DNA of 64,000 nucleotides from Candidatus Ozemobacteraceae bacterium (lineage in GTDB: Bacteria > Muiribacteriota > Ozemobacteria > Ozemobacterales > Ozemobacteraceae): NCBI GenBank assembly GCA_965140445.1, contig OZ223236.1, forward strand, positions 4,192,001-4,256,000. The letters are read 5' to 3'. The notes beneath the pieces were generated by a model. It saw nothing but the letters and a program-made list of their open reading frames with translations. It searched no databases and had not been told where the DNA came from. The translations under genes and the position numbers were made by a program. This document shows, in pieces, positions 48,758-58,350 of this stretch (positions are counted from its first letter, which is position 1; the number at the start of each line of letters is the position of its first letter).

Positions 48758-49546
48758 ATGATGAGATCACTTTGGTCGGCAGCGACCGGCATGAAGGGCC
48801 AGGAAATGAACATTGCGGTCGTTTCCAACAACCTTTCAAACGTAACAACGACAGGGTTCAAAAAGAGTCGAGTAGACTTTCAGGATCTAATGTATCAAAC
48901 ACTGAAAGAACCTGGAACGCCAGTTGCATCTGGAAATCAGTATCCTGTTGGAATCCAGCTTGGTCATGGTGTTAGACCAGTTGCAGTTCAAAAGATGTTC
49001 AGTCAGGGCGAATTCCAGCAAACTGAACAACCTCTGGACGTAGTAATTGAAGGCGAAGGCTTCTTTCAGATTCAATTACCAAACGGCGACATCGCTTATA
49101 GTAGAGATGGTGCCTGGAAGCTATCTGCAGAAGGACAGATTGTAACTTCAGATGGTTATACAGTCCTTCCCGGAACCATTATTCCGCAGGATGCCATAGG
49201 TATTAATATTACCCCGTCCGGAATCATTGCTGCAAAGTTGCCCAATCAGGTAGATCTTGAAGTTCTCGGGCAAATAGAGTTGGCCGACTTCATTAACCCC
49301 GCCGGTTTAAAAGCAATTGGCAGGAACCTCTTTATTCCTAGTGGAAGTTCTGGAGATGCGATTTTAGGAACTCCGGGAACTCAGGAATACGGGGAAATCG
49401 CTCAAGGCTTTGTAGAAATGTCCAACGTTAAGGTCGTTGAAGAAATGGTCAACATGATCGTTGCTCAAAGAGCTTATGAAGCGAATTCAAAAACAATTCA
49501 AACCTCAGACACAATGTTACAAATAGCAAACAACCTAAGAAGATAA
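48758..49546 (+). CDS. flgG: Flagellar distal rod protein FlgG
   Basis: MMRSLWSAATGM, SNNLSNVTTTGFKKSRVDFQDLMYQ, EMSNVKVVEEMVNMIVAQRAYEANSK. Confidence 0.96.
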   Translation: MMRSLWSAATGMKGQEMNIAVVSNNLSNVTTTGFKKSRVDFQDLMYQTLKEPGTPVASGNQYPVGIQLGHGVRPVAVQKMFSQGEFQQTEQPLDVVIEGEGFFQIQLPNGDIAYSRDGAWKLSAEGQIVTSDGYTVLPGTIIPQDAIGINITPSGIIAAKLPNQVDLEVLGQIELADFINPAGLKAIGRNLFIPSGSSGDAILGTPGTQEYGEIAQGFVEMSNVKVVEEMVNMIVAQRAYEANSKTIQTSDTMLQIANNLRR

Positions 49547-49571
49547 TAGATAAATAAATAGGGAAAAATAA

Positions 49572-50633
49572 GTGAATAGAATAGTAAAAAAAATGTGTTT
49601 GACTGGTCTGGTAAGTTCAGTTGTTTTACTTTCAGGATCGTTGTCAACACAAGCATTAGCGAGCGCAAAAATATCCAACACAAACTTCAAATCTACTGTT
49701 TTGGTTAGCCAAGATAGAATCAGCGCAGACAAGCTCCTAAAAAGCGAATGCGCACCTGGAATCAAGGCCAGGCTTTCCAAAATTCAAGTTGGCGTTATTC
49801 CTGATCCGCTTGGAGAATTAGTTCTTAAAAAATCTGAGCTGGAAAAAAAGCTTGGAAAGGTTGGGAAAAGCCTCGACCTACCAGATTCGGTTGTTATCAG
49901 ACGTCAAGGCTCTATTCTCAAAGGAAATGACATTTGTGAAAGACTAAAAAAAGTCTGCCTTGAAGGAATTGAAGGAAAAACTGAATTAGATCTTTCCAGA
50001 ATTCCCAGAAATGTTGTTCTGCCTGGAAACATAATCAGCTGGAACCTTGTTCCTAAATCAAAAAATAGAATTGGAATGCGCCTATTTCACCTGATTGCAC
50101 AAACAGAAGGTGGAGAACATCGCCAATTGCTTCAGGTTAGTGTTGCGAAAATAGCTGAAGTAGCTCAGCTTACAAGGCTTGCAAAACCAGGTGAAATTCT
50201 TACTGAAGACATGCTTACCAAAAAAATCGTAAAGGTAAAAAGCGACAAAATTCACCCTCCAATCGAATTTGAAGAAGCGCTTGGGAAATGTCTGGGAAGA
50301 TTTAAATCTCAAGGCACCATTATCAGAAGCTCGGATCTTTCAAGTGGTGAAAACAGTATTTGCAAAAACACTCCTGCCAAGGTTAATACCACTAGAGTTA
50401 GAAACATCGCGCGAAGAGTAGCTCCAACCAGACAGGAAAGAGAAAACTGGGTAGTTAAGCCAGGCGATAAAGTAAATTACCATTTTAAAAATGGAACAAT
50501 AAGTCTGTCGTTCCCAGCAAAAGCCATTCAGGGTGGTGACACAGGAGATTCGATTACCCTCATTAACCTGAATAACTCCAAAAGAGTAAAAGGCATGATC
50601 ACTGCACAAGGAGATGTTGTATATGAAAACTAA
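49572..50633 (+). CDS. flgA: Flagellar P-ring chaperone FlgA (extended N-terminus)
   Basis: SAF-like region and C-terminal VVKPGDKV..AKAIQGGDTGDSITLINLNNSKRVKG; lies between flgG and flgH. Confidence 0.8.
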   Translation: MNRIVKKMCLTGLVSSVVLLSGSLSTQALASAKISNTNFKSTVLVSQDRISADKLLKSECAPGIKARLSKIQVGVIPDPLGELVLKKSELEKKLGKVGKSLDLPDSVVIRRQGSILKGNDICERLKKVCLEGIEGKTELDLSRIPRNVVLPGNIISWNLVPKSKNRIGMRLFHLIAQTEGGEHRQLLQVSVAKIAEVAQLTRLAKPGEILTEDMLTKKIVKVKSDKIHPPIEFEEALGKCLGRFKSQGTIIRSSDLSSGENSICKNTPAKVNTTRVRNIARRVAPTRQERENWVVKPGDKVNYHFKNGTISLSFPAKAIQGGDTGDSITLINLNNSKRVKGMITAQGDVVYEN

Positions 50634-51213
50634 ACTATTAGTTCTTGTGATCCTAATGACTATGACCAGCAATTTTTCATTTGCTGCATCTCTCTGGCTT
50701 AATGGAAACGATTTATATTCATCAAATGGGGCAAGAGATTACAAGCCCGGCGATGTAATCACAATTGAAGTTTCTGAACAATCCACAGCTAGATCAAAAG
50801 CAACAACACAAACTCAGAAACAGACCTCCAGTCAGATTTCAACTGGCCCACAAATCCCTTTATTTAAAGGGATCATGAAACAATTTGTTGGACAAAACCA
50901 GGTCGATAATACATTTGATGGCCAGGGAACCACTACAAGAGAAGGTTTATTAACAGGAACCGTAACAGCCACAGTTCTTGAAGTCCTTGAAAATGGCAAT
51001 TTATTAATCGAAGGTAGCAGGGCAATACGTGTTAACAGAGAGACTCAACAGATGAGGGTCCGAGGAATTGCTCGCCCAAAAGATATTGATGCGAATAACA
51101 CCATAAACTCAAAACTTCTTGCTGATGCTCAAATTAAATTTGATGGAAAAGGCGCAGTTGGAAGAGTTAATCGTCCTGGAATTATCACAAAGATTATTAA
51201 TACAGTCTTCTAA
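50623..51213 (+). CDS. flgH: Flagellar L-ring protein FlgH
   Basis: SLW, GDVITIEVSE, VLENGNLLIEG, GIARPKDI..NTINS..LADAQI. Confidence 0.92.
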   Translation: MKTKLLVLVILMTMTSNFSFAASLWLNGNDLYSSNGARDYKPGDVITIEVSEQSTARSKATTQTQKQTSSQISTGPQIPLFKGIMKQFVGQNQVDNTFDGQGTTTREGLLTGTVTATVLEVLENGNLLIEGSRAIRVNRETQQMRVRGIARPKDIDANNTINSKLLADAQIKFDGKGAVGRVNRPGIITKIINTVF

Positions 51214-51244
51214 GAAGATCTGTTTTACCTCTATTCACTTTTAT

Positions 51245-51270
51245 ATCAGCCGAAAGGCTGATTTTTTTTT
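51245..51270 (+). terminator. Intrinsic terminator after flgH
   Basis: ATCAGCC-GAAA-GGCTGAT followed by a T tract. Confidence 0.9.
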
Positions 51271-51332
51271 CGTATTGTAAAAGAGAAGAAAAATTTGTTA
51301 TACCTAGGCATACTCAATAATAGGCAAATAAA

Positions 51333-53162
51333 ATGTATATCCTTGGCATTTCAGCTTTTTACCATGACTCAGCAGCTTGTCTTCTCAAAGACGGAAAGAT
51401 TGTTGCTGCAGCTCAGGAAGAACGTTTCACCAGAAAAAAACACGATCAGGAATTTCCAATTAGAGCAGTAAAATATTGCCTGGATTATGCAGCCATAGGA
51501 ATATCCGACATTGCCTCTGTAGTATTTTATGAAAAACCTTTTTTAAAGTTTGAAAGACTGGTCAAAACCTATCTTAACTTTGCTCCAAAAGGCTTTGTTT
51601 CATTCCTTGAAGCAATGCCTCAATGGCTAAAAAAGAAACTTTTTATAAAAACAGAAATTTCTGAAATATTAAAAAAAGAGTTTGGAGAATCTCCAAATAA
51701 GATTCTTTTCACCCAGCATCATCAATCTCATGCTGCCTCAGCATTTTTCCCCTCGCCTTTTGAAGAGTCCGCGATTCTTTCTCTGGATGGCGTCGGAGAA
51801 TGGGCCACAACATCTGTCTGGCATGGGAAAGGAAACAAAATTACCCCACTTTGGGAAATTAAGTTCCCCCACTCTCTTGGACTTCTGTACTCGGCCTTCA
51901 CCTATTACACAGGCTTCAAGGTTAATAGCGGTGAATACAAGATCATGGGGCTGGCTCCTTATGGGAAACCGGTTTACGTTGATAAAATCAAGGAAAACTT
52001 AATTGATATAAAACCAGATGGAACATTTCGCCTTGATCAAAGCTACTTTGACTATTGTACTGGGATTAAGATGACCAATCAGAAATTTAGTCAACTGTTT
52101 GGAGGGCCGCCAAGGAATCCTGAAGCCCCTGTAACACAAAAAGAAATGGACCTGGCGCGATCTATTCAAGAAGTCACTGAAGAAATTATTTTGAAGTTAG
52201 GAAATTCAATTTTTAAAGAAACTGGTCTTGAAAACCTCTGCATGGCAGGAGGAGTTGCTTTAAATTGCGTTGCGAACGGCAGGCTTTTGCGAGAAGGCCC
52301 TTTTAAAAACATCTGGATTCAGCCGGCGGCTGGTGATGCTGGAGGGGCTCTAGGGAGCGCTCTTTCAATCTGGCATGAACATCTGGAAAATAAAAGAATT
52401 CCGAGCCCTATGGATTCAATGCAGGGATGCTTTCTTGGACCATCCTTCTCCAATGTTGAAATAGAGGACTTTTTAAAAAAGTATAAAATTCCTTACAAAA
52501 AACTGGAACAAAAAGAATTGCTTTCCCGGACCGCTAAGAATCTTAGTGATGAGAAAGTAATTGGCTGGTTTCAGGGAAGAATGGAGTATGGTCCGCGTGC
52601 GTTAGGTGCAAGAAGTATAATTGGAGATCCCAGATCCTCAAAAATGCAATCTATCATGAATTTGAAAATTAAGTTTAGAGAGTCTTTTCGCCCTTTTGCT
52701 CCTTCGATATTAGGCGATAAAAAAACAGAATATTTTGATTTATCTGCAGATTCTCCTTACATGCTTTTAACGGCTCAGGTAAAAGGTTCAAGGTGTAAAA
52801 AGCTTGATGATCTTCAACAAAAATTAAATGGAATTGAGCTATTGAATATACCCAAATCAGATATTCCAGCAGTTACTCATGTCGATTACTCCGCCAGAGT
52901 TCAAACAGTTCATCATGAGACAAACCCGAAATACTATGATTTGATTAAAGAGTTTGAAAAGCTAACTGGCTATGGTGTAATTGTGAATACCTCTTTTAAC
53001 GTTCGTGGCGAACCAATTGTTTGTACACCAAAAGATGCTTATAAGTGTTTCATCAGGACCGAAATGGATTGCCTGGTAATAGAAGATTTCTATTTGGAGA
53101 AAAGTGAGCAGAGCCCAGAATTATTAAAGCAATTTAAGCTGGAAAGTTTTGAACTTGATTAA
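51333..53162 (+). CDS. O-carbamoyltransferase (NodU/CmcH/TobZ/SxtI family)
   Basis: ILGISAFYHDSAA, AQEERFTRKKHD, HHQSHAASAF, DGVGE, GEYKIMGLAPYG, GGVALNC, GPRALGARS, KFRESFRPFAP, HVDYSARVQTV, NTSFNVRGEP. Confidence 0.95.
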   Translation: MYILGISAFYHDSAACLLKDGKIVAAAQEERFTRKKHDQEFPIRAVKYCLDYAAIGISDIASVVFYEKPFLKFERLVKTYLNFAPKGFVSFLEAMPQWLKKKLFIKTEISEILKKEFGESPNKILFTQHHQSHAASAFFPSPFEESAILSLDGVGEWATTSVWHGKGNKITPLWEIKFPHSLGLLYSAFTYYTGFKVNSGEYKIMGLAPYGKPVYVDKIKENLIDIKPDGTFRLDQSYFDYCTGIKMTNQKFSQLFGGPPRNPEAPVTQKEMDLARSIQEVTEEIILKLGNSIFKETGLENLCMAGGVALNCVANGRLLREGPFKNIWIQPAAGDAGGALGSALSIWHEHLENKRIPSPMDSMQGCFLGPSFSNVEIEDFLKKYKIPYKKLEQKELLSRTAKNLSDEKVIGWFQGRMEYGPRALGARSIIGDPRSSKMQSIMNLKIKFRESFRPFAPSILGDKKTEYFDLSADSPYMLLTAQVKGSRCKKLDDLQQKLNGIELLNIPKSDIPAVTHVDYSARVQTVHHETNPKYYDLIKEFEKLTGYGVIVNTSFNVRGEPIVCTPKDAYKCFIRTEMDCLVIEDFYLEKSEQSPELLKQFKLESFELD

Positions 53163-53164
53163 AA

Positions 53165-53563
53165 ATGAAAAACATTGAAATAGATAAAAAAATATTGCGA
53201 AATGCTGGAGTTGCTGTTGGCATAGCATTTGTCCTGATTTCTATCTGGCCTTTTTTGGTTCATAGTCTATCTATAAGATACTGGGCAGCAATTGTCGCCG
53301 GTGTTTTATTTTTTTTCGCTCTCTTGGCTCCACAATTTATATATTGGCCTTATCGACTTTGGATGGCATTTGGAGCAATACTTGGGTGGGTAAACACAAG
53401 AGTTATTTTATCTCTACTATACTTTCTAGTCATAACCCCTACGGGAATAATAAGAAAACTCTTTACCACAGATACAGTAAATGCCAGAATTGATAAATCA
53501 TTGTCAACTTACAAAGAAAATATGGAAAAAGAAGAGATTTCTAACCCAAAAGAGCAATTCTAA
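53165..53563 (+). CDS. SxtJ-like membrane protein
   Basis: WMAFGAILGWVNTRVILSLLYFLVITPTG signature, C-terminal QF; follows the carbamoyltransferase. Confidence 0.82.
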   Translation: MKNIEIDKKILRNAGVAVGIAFVLISIWPFLVHSLSIRYWAAIVAGVLFFFALLAPQFIYWPYRLWMAFGAILGWVNTRVILSLLYFLVITPTGIIRKLFTTDTVNARIDKSLSTYKENMEKEEISNPKEQF

Positions 53564-53754
53564 TGGACAATAAACAAGATAAAAAAGAAGAATCAAATTC
53601 ACGAATAGCAGTTTTTTCTGAGCTAATCAGCTTTTTATGGAAGAAAAAACAGTGGTGGCTAATACCAATTGTTGTAGCTTTAGTCATTTTAGGAATACTA
53701 ATAGGCTTTGCACAAAATTCAGCAATCGGGCCTCTTATGTATACTATCTTCTAA
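53563..53754 (+). CDS. DUF5989 / SxtK-like single-TM peptide
   Basis: FLWKKKQWWLIPI-TM-AQNSAIGPLMYTIF; TAATG coupling at both ends. Confidence 0.88.
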   Translation: MDNKQDKKEESNSRIAVFSELISFLWKKKQWWLIPIVVALVILGILIGFAQNSAIGPLMYTIF

Positions 53755-56171
53755 TGGAATCAATCAGCTTAAAATCAGTTATTAAATTTCTTGCCAAGCT
53801 ATTTCTTATTATTGTTATTTTGCCAATTGCCCTGCTCGCAATAGCGGAATCCTGCTTAAGAATAATTGGTGTTGGCTTTCCGAACGAGTTATTTATTAAA
53901 GAAAAGATTGGCAATAGAGAAGTTTATCGCGCCAACTTCCGGGCAGGATTCAAGTTTTTCCCAGCTCAACTGGCAAGAAAGCCACTTCCAGAAATCTTCG
54001 ATGTAAAAAAGGCCTCCTCCACATTTAGAATTTTTATTTTAGGAGAATCAGCTGCAAGGGGCGAACAACTTGCAGACTTTTCATTTGGAAGAATTCTGGA
54101 AACCGTTTTAAACAAAGCTCTTACCAACAAAAAAATTGAAGTAATAAATACTGGAATACCGGCAATAAATAGCTGGGTTATCAATGAATTCAGCAAAGAA
54201 ATCATGAATCTTGAGCCTGATTTGCTCATATTCTATGGTGGACACAACGAGTTTGTAGGGCCGTACGGACCCGCAAGCGCATTTAACAGAAATTCCACCC
54301 GGCTTTCTACAAAAATTGGAATAATGGCTTCGAACTTAAAGCTGGTGCAATGGTTAAAATCATTGTTAAGCGACAGAGTTTCAGTAAAGTCCTGGAAAGG
54401 GCTTGAAATGTTTATAAACAATTCAATTGAACCCATGGATCCTGTTATTAAGATGTGTGCAGAGAATTATAAACAAAATATGTCTGAAATTTTTAAAAGA
54501 GCCCAAAAAAACAAAGTCCCAGTGATTTCCTGCCTGACCCCATCCAAATTTTTAGATTGGCCACCATTTATTTCAAAGAAAACAGAATTTGACGACAGTT
54601 TGATAAAAACGCTTCTGGAAAAATGGGAAGAATGTAGTAAAAGCAATGATTACTCCACTCTTTTAAAAGAACTGGAAAATCTTAATGCCAGAAATCCATA
54701 TCGCGCCGACATTAATTATCTTTACGGTCTTTGTCTATTAAAATTCAACAAAGTAGTTGAAGCTAAAACGAATTTATTCAAAGCAAGAGACAACGACTGT
54801 TTTAAAGTCAGAGCAGATTCAACCCTTAACGCCGCGCTAAAAAGCGCATCTGAAGATTCAGAAGTTGTGCTTCTGGATTTAGTTTCGGAATTTGATAAAC
54901 CAAATGAAAATTCTATAAACAGCCTTAGCCTATTTTATGATCACGTTCATTTAAATGAACATGGGCATTATCTGGTAGCAAAAAACATTTATTCGAAAAT
55001 AAAAGAAACTAACCTGCTCCCAATTAACAGTTTTGATTTTCCTGGTGAAGCTCAAGTGCTGAAAGATATTGGATTTACAGACTTTGACCAGAAGCTTAAT
55101 CTTCAATATGTAGCAAAAAGCCTGGAATCCCCTCCTTTTACTTTGCAAATCTGGCACCAAAAAGACTTAGGTCGTCGTAAAATTTCTCTGAACTGGTATA
55201 AGCAAAACACTTCTCTTCCAGATTGTATGAAAGATGCTACTGATGCGCTTAATAAAAATCCTTCGGACTATAGAATTTCCTCTCGTCTGGGTCTGATGTA
55301 TCAAGAAGCAGGATTGCTCGATGAAGCATTGATTTATATGAATAAGTCATTTGAATTAAACCCATTCAATATAGATCTGATAAACAACAGGGGCATATTG
55401 CTTTACAGTTCTGGCCGGTTTGATGAAGCAATTAAAGATTTCAAACATTCCCTAAAGGTAGCTCCAAACTTTGCAAAGGCTTGGTTTAATCTTGGATTGG
55501 TTTACACAAAGAAAAAGGATATGGCCAATGCAGAAAAATGCTACAGAAGTGCCATAGAAATTGAAAGCAACTATTATTCAGCTTACAACAACCTCGGTAA
55601 TCTTCTGGTTTCTCAAAAAAAATACAATGAAGCTATTTCTGTTTTTGAAAACCTTGTTAAACTTAATCCAAATATGCCACAGGCATTAAACGGGCTTGCG
55701 GCATGTCTGGGTTATGTAGGAAAAAATAGCAAGGCAATTGAACTTCTCCAAAACGCTCTTAAAAATACTCCCACAAACACAGAAATTAAGTTTAATCTGG
55801 CCAGAACCCATGAAAAAGAGGGAAATCTTTCCATGGCACTTAAAATCTATGATGAAATTTTAGAAATTGACCAAAATTATCTTCCGGCTGTAAAAAGCTT
55901 GATAAGATTGATTTTGAACAATAGTTCTATATGCGAAAACTCGCCGGTCAGATTAATTGAGTTAGCTGAAAAAGCGTGTAAATTAACCTCTTTTAAAGAC
56001 ATTTACTTTTTACAAGTCTTATCTTCAGCTTACGCGCAAGAGGGTAAAATAAATGAAGCAATCTCTGTAACAAGCACAGCAATAGAACTTGCTGAAAGAA
56101 CAGGGAACAACCAAGCCGCTAAAGACCTTAAAGATAATATTCAATTGCTCCAATCTCAGTTCAAACACTGA
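53754..56171 (+). CDS. Membrane-anchored SGNH/GDSL-like protein with C-terminal TPRs
   Basis: N-terminal TM; block I IFILGESAARG, block III YGGHNEFVG, block V YDHVH; multiple TPRs. Start ATG 53754 overlaps the upstream stop. Confidence 0.82.
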   Translation: MESISLKSVIKFLAKLFLIIVILPIALLAIAESCLRIIGVGFPNELFIKEKIGNREVYRANFRAGFKFFPAQLARKPLPEIFDVKKASSTFRIFILGESAARGEQLADFSFGRILETVLNKALTNKKIEVINTGIPAINSWVINEFSKEIMNLEPDLLIFYGGHNEFVGPYGPASAFNRNSTRLSTKIGIMASNLKLVQWLKSLLSDRVSVKSWKGLEMFINNSIEPMDPVIKMCAENYKQNMSEIFKRAQKNKVPVISCLTPSKFLDWPPFISKKTEFDDSLIKTLLEKWEECSKSNDYSTLLKELENLNARNPYRADINYLYGLCLLKFNKVVEAKTNLFKARDNDCFKVRADSTLNAALKSASEDSEVVLLDLVSEFDKPNENSINSLSLFYDHVHLNEHGHYLVAKNIYSKIKETNLLPINSFDFPGEAQVLKDIGFTDFDQKLNLQYVAKSLESPPFTLQIWHQKDLGRRKISLNWYKQNTSLPDCMKDATDALNKNPSDYRISSRLGLMYQEAGLLDEALIYMNKSFELNPFNIDLINNRGILLYSSGRFDEAIKDFKHSLKVAPNFAKAWFNLGLVYTKKKDMANAEKCYRSAIEIESNYYSAYNNLGNLLVSQKKYNEAISVFENLVKLNPNMPQALNGLAACLGYVGKNSKAIELLQNALKNTPTNTEIKFNLARTHEKEGNLSMALKIYDEILEIDQNYLPAVKSLIRLILNNSSICENSPVRLIELAEKACKLTSFKDIYFLQVLSSAYAQEGKINEAISVTSTAIELAERTGNNQAAKDLKDNIQLLQSQFKH

Positions 56172-56179
56172 TTTAAAAC

Positions 56180-56207
56180 TAAATAATTCTGAAAAAATTG
56201 CCGATAG
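56180..56207 (+). promoter_or_regulatory. sigma28-like promoter for flgI
   Basis: TAAA-N16-GCCGATAG. Confidence 0.65.
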
Positions 56208-56262
56208 TTTAACTAGAGCCTGATCAGAAAAATAAGGCATCCCTTCAGGAGCAATATAAAAC

Positions 56263-57372
56263 ATGGAAGTAAACAAAACCGAACGCAAAGTCAATTTTAA
56301 GCATTCTCTTGCGCTTTTAATTCTCGCTGTATTTTCTCTTTTCATTAATGAGCCAGCCTTTCCACAGGCAATGGTAAGAATAAAAGACATCGCAAGGTTT
56401 AGCGGAGATAGAGAGTATCAATTGATTGGTTACGGTTTGGTAACCGGCCTTGATGGCACTGGCGATAAAAGTCAGATGAGTATAGAAATGATCAGGGGTA
56501 TGCTCCAGAATATGGGAATGGAGCTCTCCGCAAAACAAATCCAAACAAAAAACTGTGCTGCTGTTGTCGTCACAGGAATGCTTCCATCTTATGGTAGAGC
56601 AGGAGAAACTTTTGGCATTACCGTTAGCTCCATCGGCGATGCAAAAAGCTTGCAGGGCGGAGTTCTTTTGCCAACTTTGATGAAAGGCGGCGATGGAAAA
56701 GTTTATGCAGTTTCTCAGGGCCAAATTTCAATAGGCGGATTTGAAGAAAACCGAGCTGGTGGCGGTGGTGCACAAAGAAGTGGACAGAAAAACCACTTAA
56801 CCGTTGCCCATATCCCAGGTGGCGCAATTATGGAACGCGGGGTTCAGGATCAGTTTGCCAGCCGTGGAAAGTTTAATATTTTAATTCAGCGCAAGGATTC
56901 CGCTATTACAAGAAAAGTTAAAGAAGCAATTGACAGACGCTATGGCATGGGATGGGCAAACATTGTTAACCCAGGTAATATTGAACTAAAAGTTCCGTCA
57001 AGCATGATGGATGATCCTGTCAGTTTTGCCGCCAACATTGAAAATTTAACTCTATCAATTGAAGAGCCAAACCGTGTTGTTATAAATGAAAGAACCGGAA
57101 CAGTAATTGTTGGAAATAGCATAAGAATAAGTAAAGTTCTTATTTCTCATAATGGAATTAGGATAGAAGTGGGTAACGATCAAGCTCAACAACAGCCTGG
57201 TGTGAGAAAAGCTGCCAAGCAGGGAAGCATAATAGAGGTTCAGGGAGAAACAACAGTAGATGATATGGTTGAAGCCTTAAATGCCGTTGGAGCAACCCCC
57301 AAAGACCTCATAGCGATTTTTCAGGCAATTAATGCAGTAGGTGCCCTTCACGGAGAGCTAAAAATCATGTAG
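56263..57372 (+). CDS. flgI: Flagellar P-ring protein FlgI
   Basis: RIKDI, LIGYGLVTGLDGTGD, SSIGDAKSLQGGVLL, VINERTGTVIVG, GALHGEL. Confidence 0.96.
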   Translation: MEVNKTERKVNFKHSLALLILAVFSLFINEPAFPQAMVRIKDIARFSGDREYQLIGYGLVTGLDGTGDKSQMSIEMIRGMLQNMGMELSAKQIQTKNCAAVVVTGMLPSYGRAGETFGITVSSIGDAKSLQGGVLLPTLMKGGDGKVYAVSQGQISIGGFEENRAGGGGAQRSGQKNHLTVAHIPGGAIMERGVQDQFASRGKFNILIQRKDSAITRKVKEAIDRRYGMGWANIVNPGNIELKVPSSMMDDPVSFAANIENLTLSIEEPNRVVINERTGTVIVGNSIRISKVLISHNGIRIEVGNDQAQQQPGVRKAAKQGSIIEVQGETTVDDMVEALNAVGATPKDLIAIFQAINAVGALHGELKIM

Positions 57373-57501
57373 AATCTTTCAGTAGAGTAAATTTCCAGAT
57401 TTGCTTGATATTTGATTATGGTGTATGGTATGTAAATGGGACAGGTTGATGTTTTTTTTACATGCCTACGACCAAAATTCCTCAGCGAGGTACCCCAAAA
57501 C

Positions 57502-58350
57502 ATGGTTTCATCAATTTCTATAGAAGAGAGAGATCTTGCAAATCAGCACTTAGACCGTTGTATTTCTTTTGCTATGTGCGGCAAATTAGACCAGGCAATT
57601 AAAGAAGCTGAGAAAGCTATTGAGTTGGATCCAGATTTTTCGCAAGCTTACAACAAGCTTGGTGACTTTTACATGAAAAAAGGCTGGATTCAAAAAGCTG
57701 CCGATGTTTTTCGCAAAGCAATTGAACTAGACCCAACCAGTGAAAATTCCCATTTTGATTTAGGCTGCGCCCTTGCTCATTTGGGAGATTTTTCCAATGC
57801 ACTGGAATACCTTAAAAAATCCTTAGAACTCAATCCTGCTCATTACGAAGTTTATGGCCACTTAGGTCAGATATTCATGGCTATGAATCAGCTTCCAGAA
57901 GCTATTGATGCTTTTAAGAAAGCCTTAATGGATGATTCCGATAATTTAATGGCCACCTTTAATCTTGCCATAGCATTGATTAGCGTTGGAAAAGATACTG
58001 AAGCAAAAAATCATTTCAATAAAGTTATTGCCAGATATAAGCAATTAGTTGGCTTTAAAGAAAGATTTGCAGAAGGTTACTATTATATTGGCTTATCAAA
58101 TTTCTATATGGGTAATCTTGATGATGCAATTAAAAACTTGCAGAAGGCTGTAGAATTTGACACAGAAGAAGTTGATTATCACTACAGTTTTGGCATGCTA
58201 TATAGCGATGCTGATGCATTTTATTCTCTAGCCGAAGCTCAGATTGCAGCAAACAATTCAACAGAAGCCCGCGAAAATCTAAAACAGGCCTTAGCACTTG
58301 AACCAGACAATCAAAAGTTTCTATCTTTAAAATCAAAGGTTGGAATGTAA
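57502..58350 (+). CDS. TPR protein
   Basis: Canonical TPRs (AIELDPDFSQAYNKLG, SHFDLG). Start 57502 after GAGG; alternative start 57436. Confidence 0.85.
   Translation: MVSSISIEERDLANQHLDRCISFAMCGKLDQAIKEAEKAIELDPDFSQAYNKLGDFYMKKGWIQKAADVFRKAIELDPTSENSHFDLGCALAHLGDFSNALEYLKKSLELNPAHYEVYGHLGQIFMAMNQLPEAIDAFKKALMDDSDNLMATFNLAIALISVGKDTEAKNHFNKVIARYKQLVGFKERFAEGYYYIGLSNFYMGNLDDAIKNLQKAVEFDTEEVDYHYSFGMLYSDADAFYSLAEAQIAANNSTEARENLKQALALEPDNQKFLSLKSKVGM

Noticed and set aside
51333..53754. Saxitoxin biosynthesis cluster (sxtIJK-like genes)
   Set aside because: No sxtA, sxtG or other toxin genes in the window; this module also occurs outside toxin clusters.
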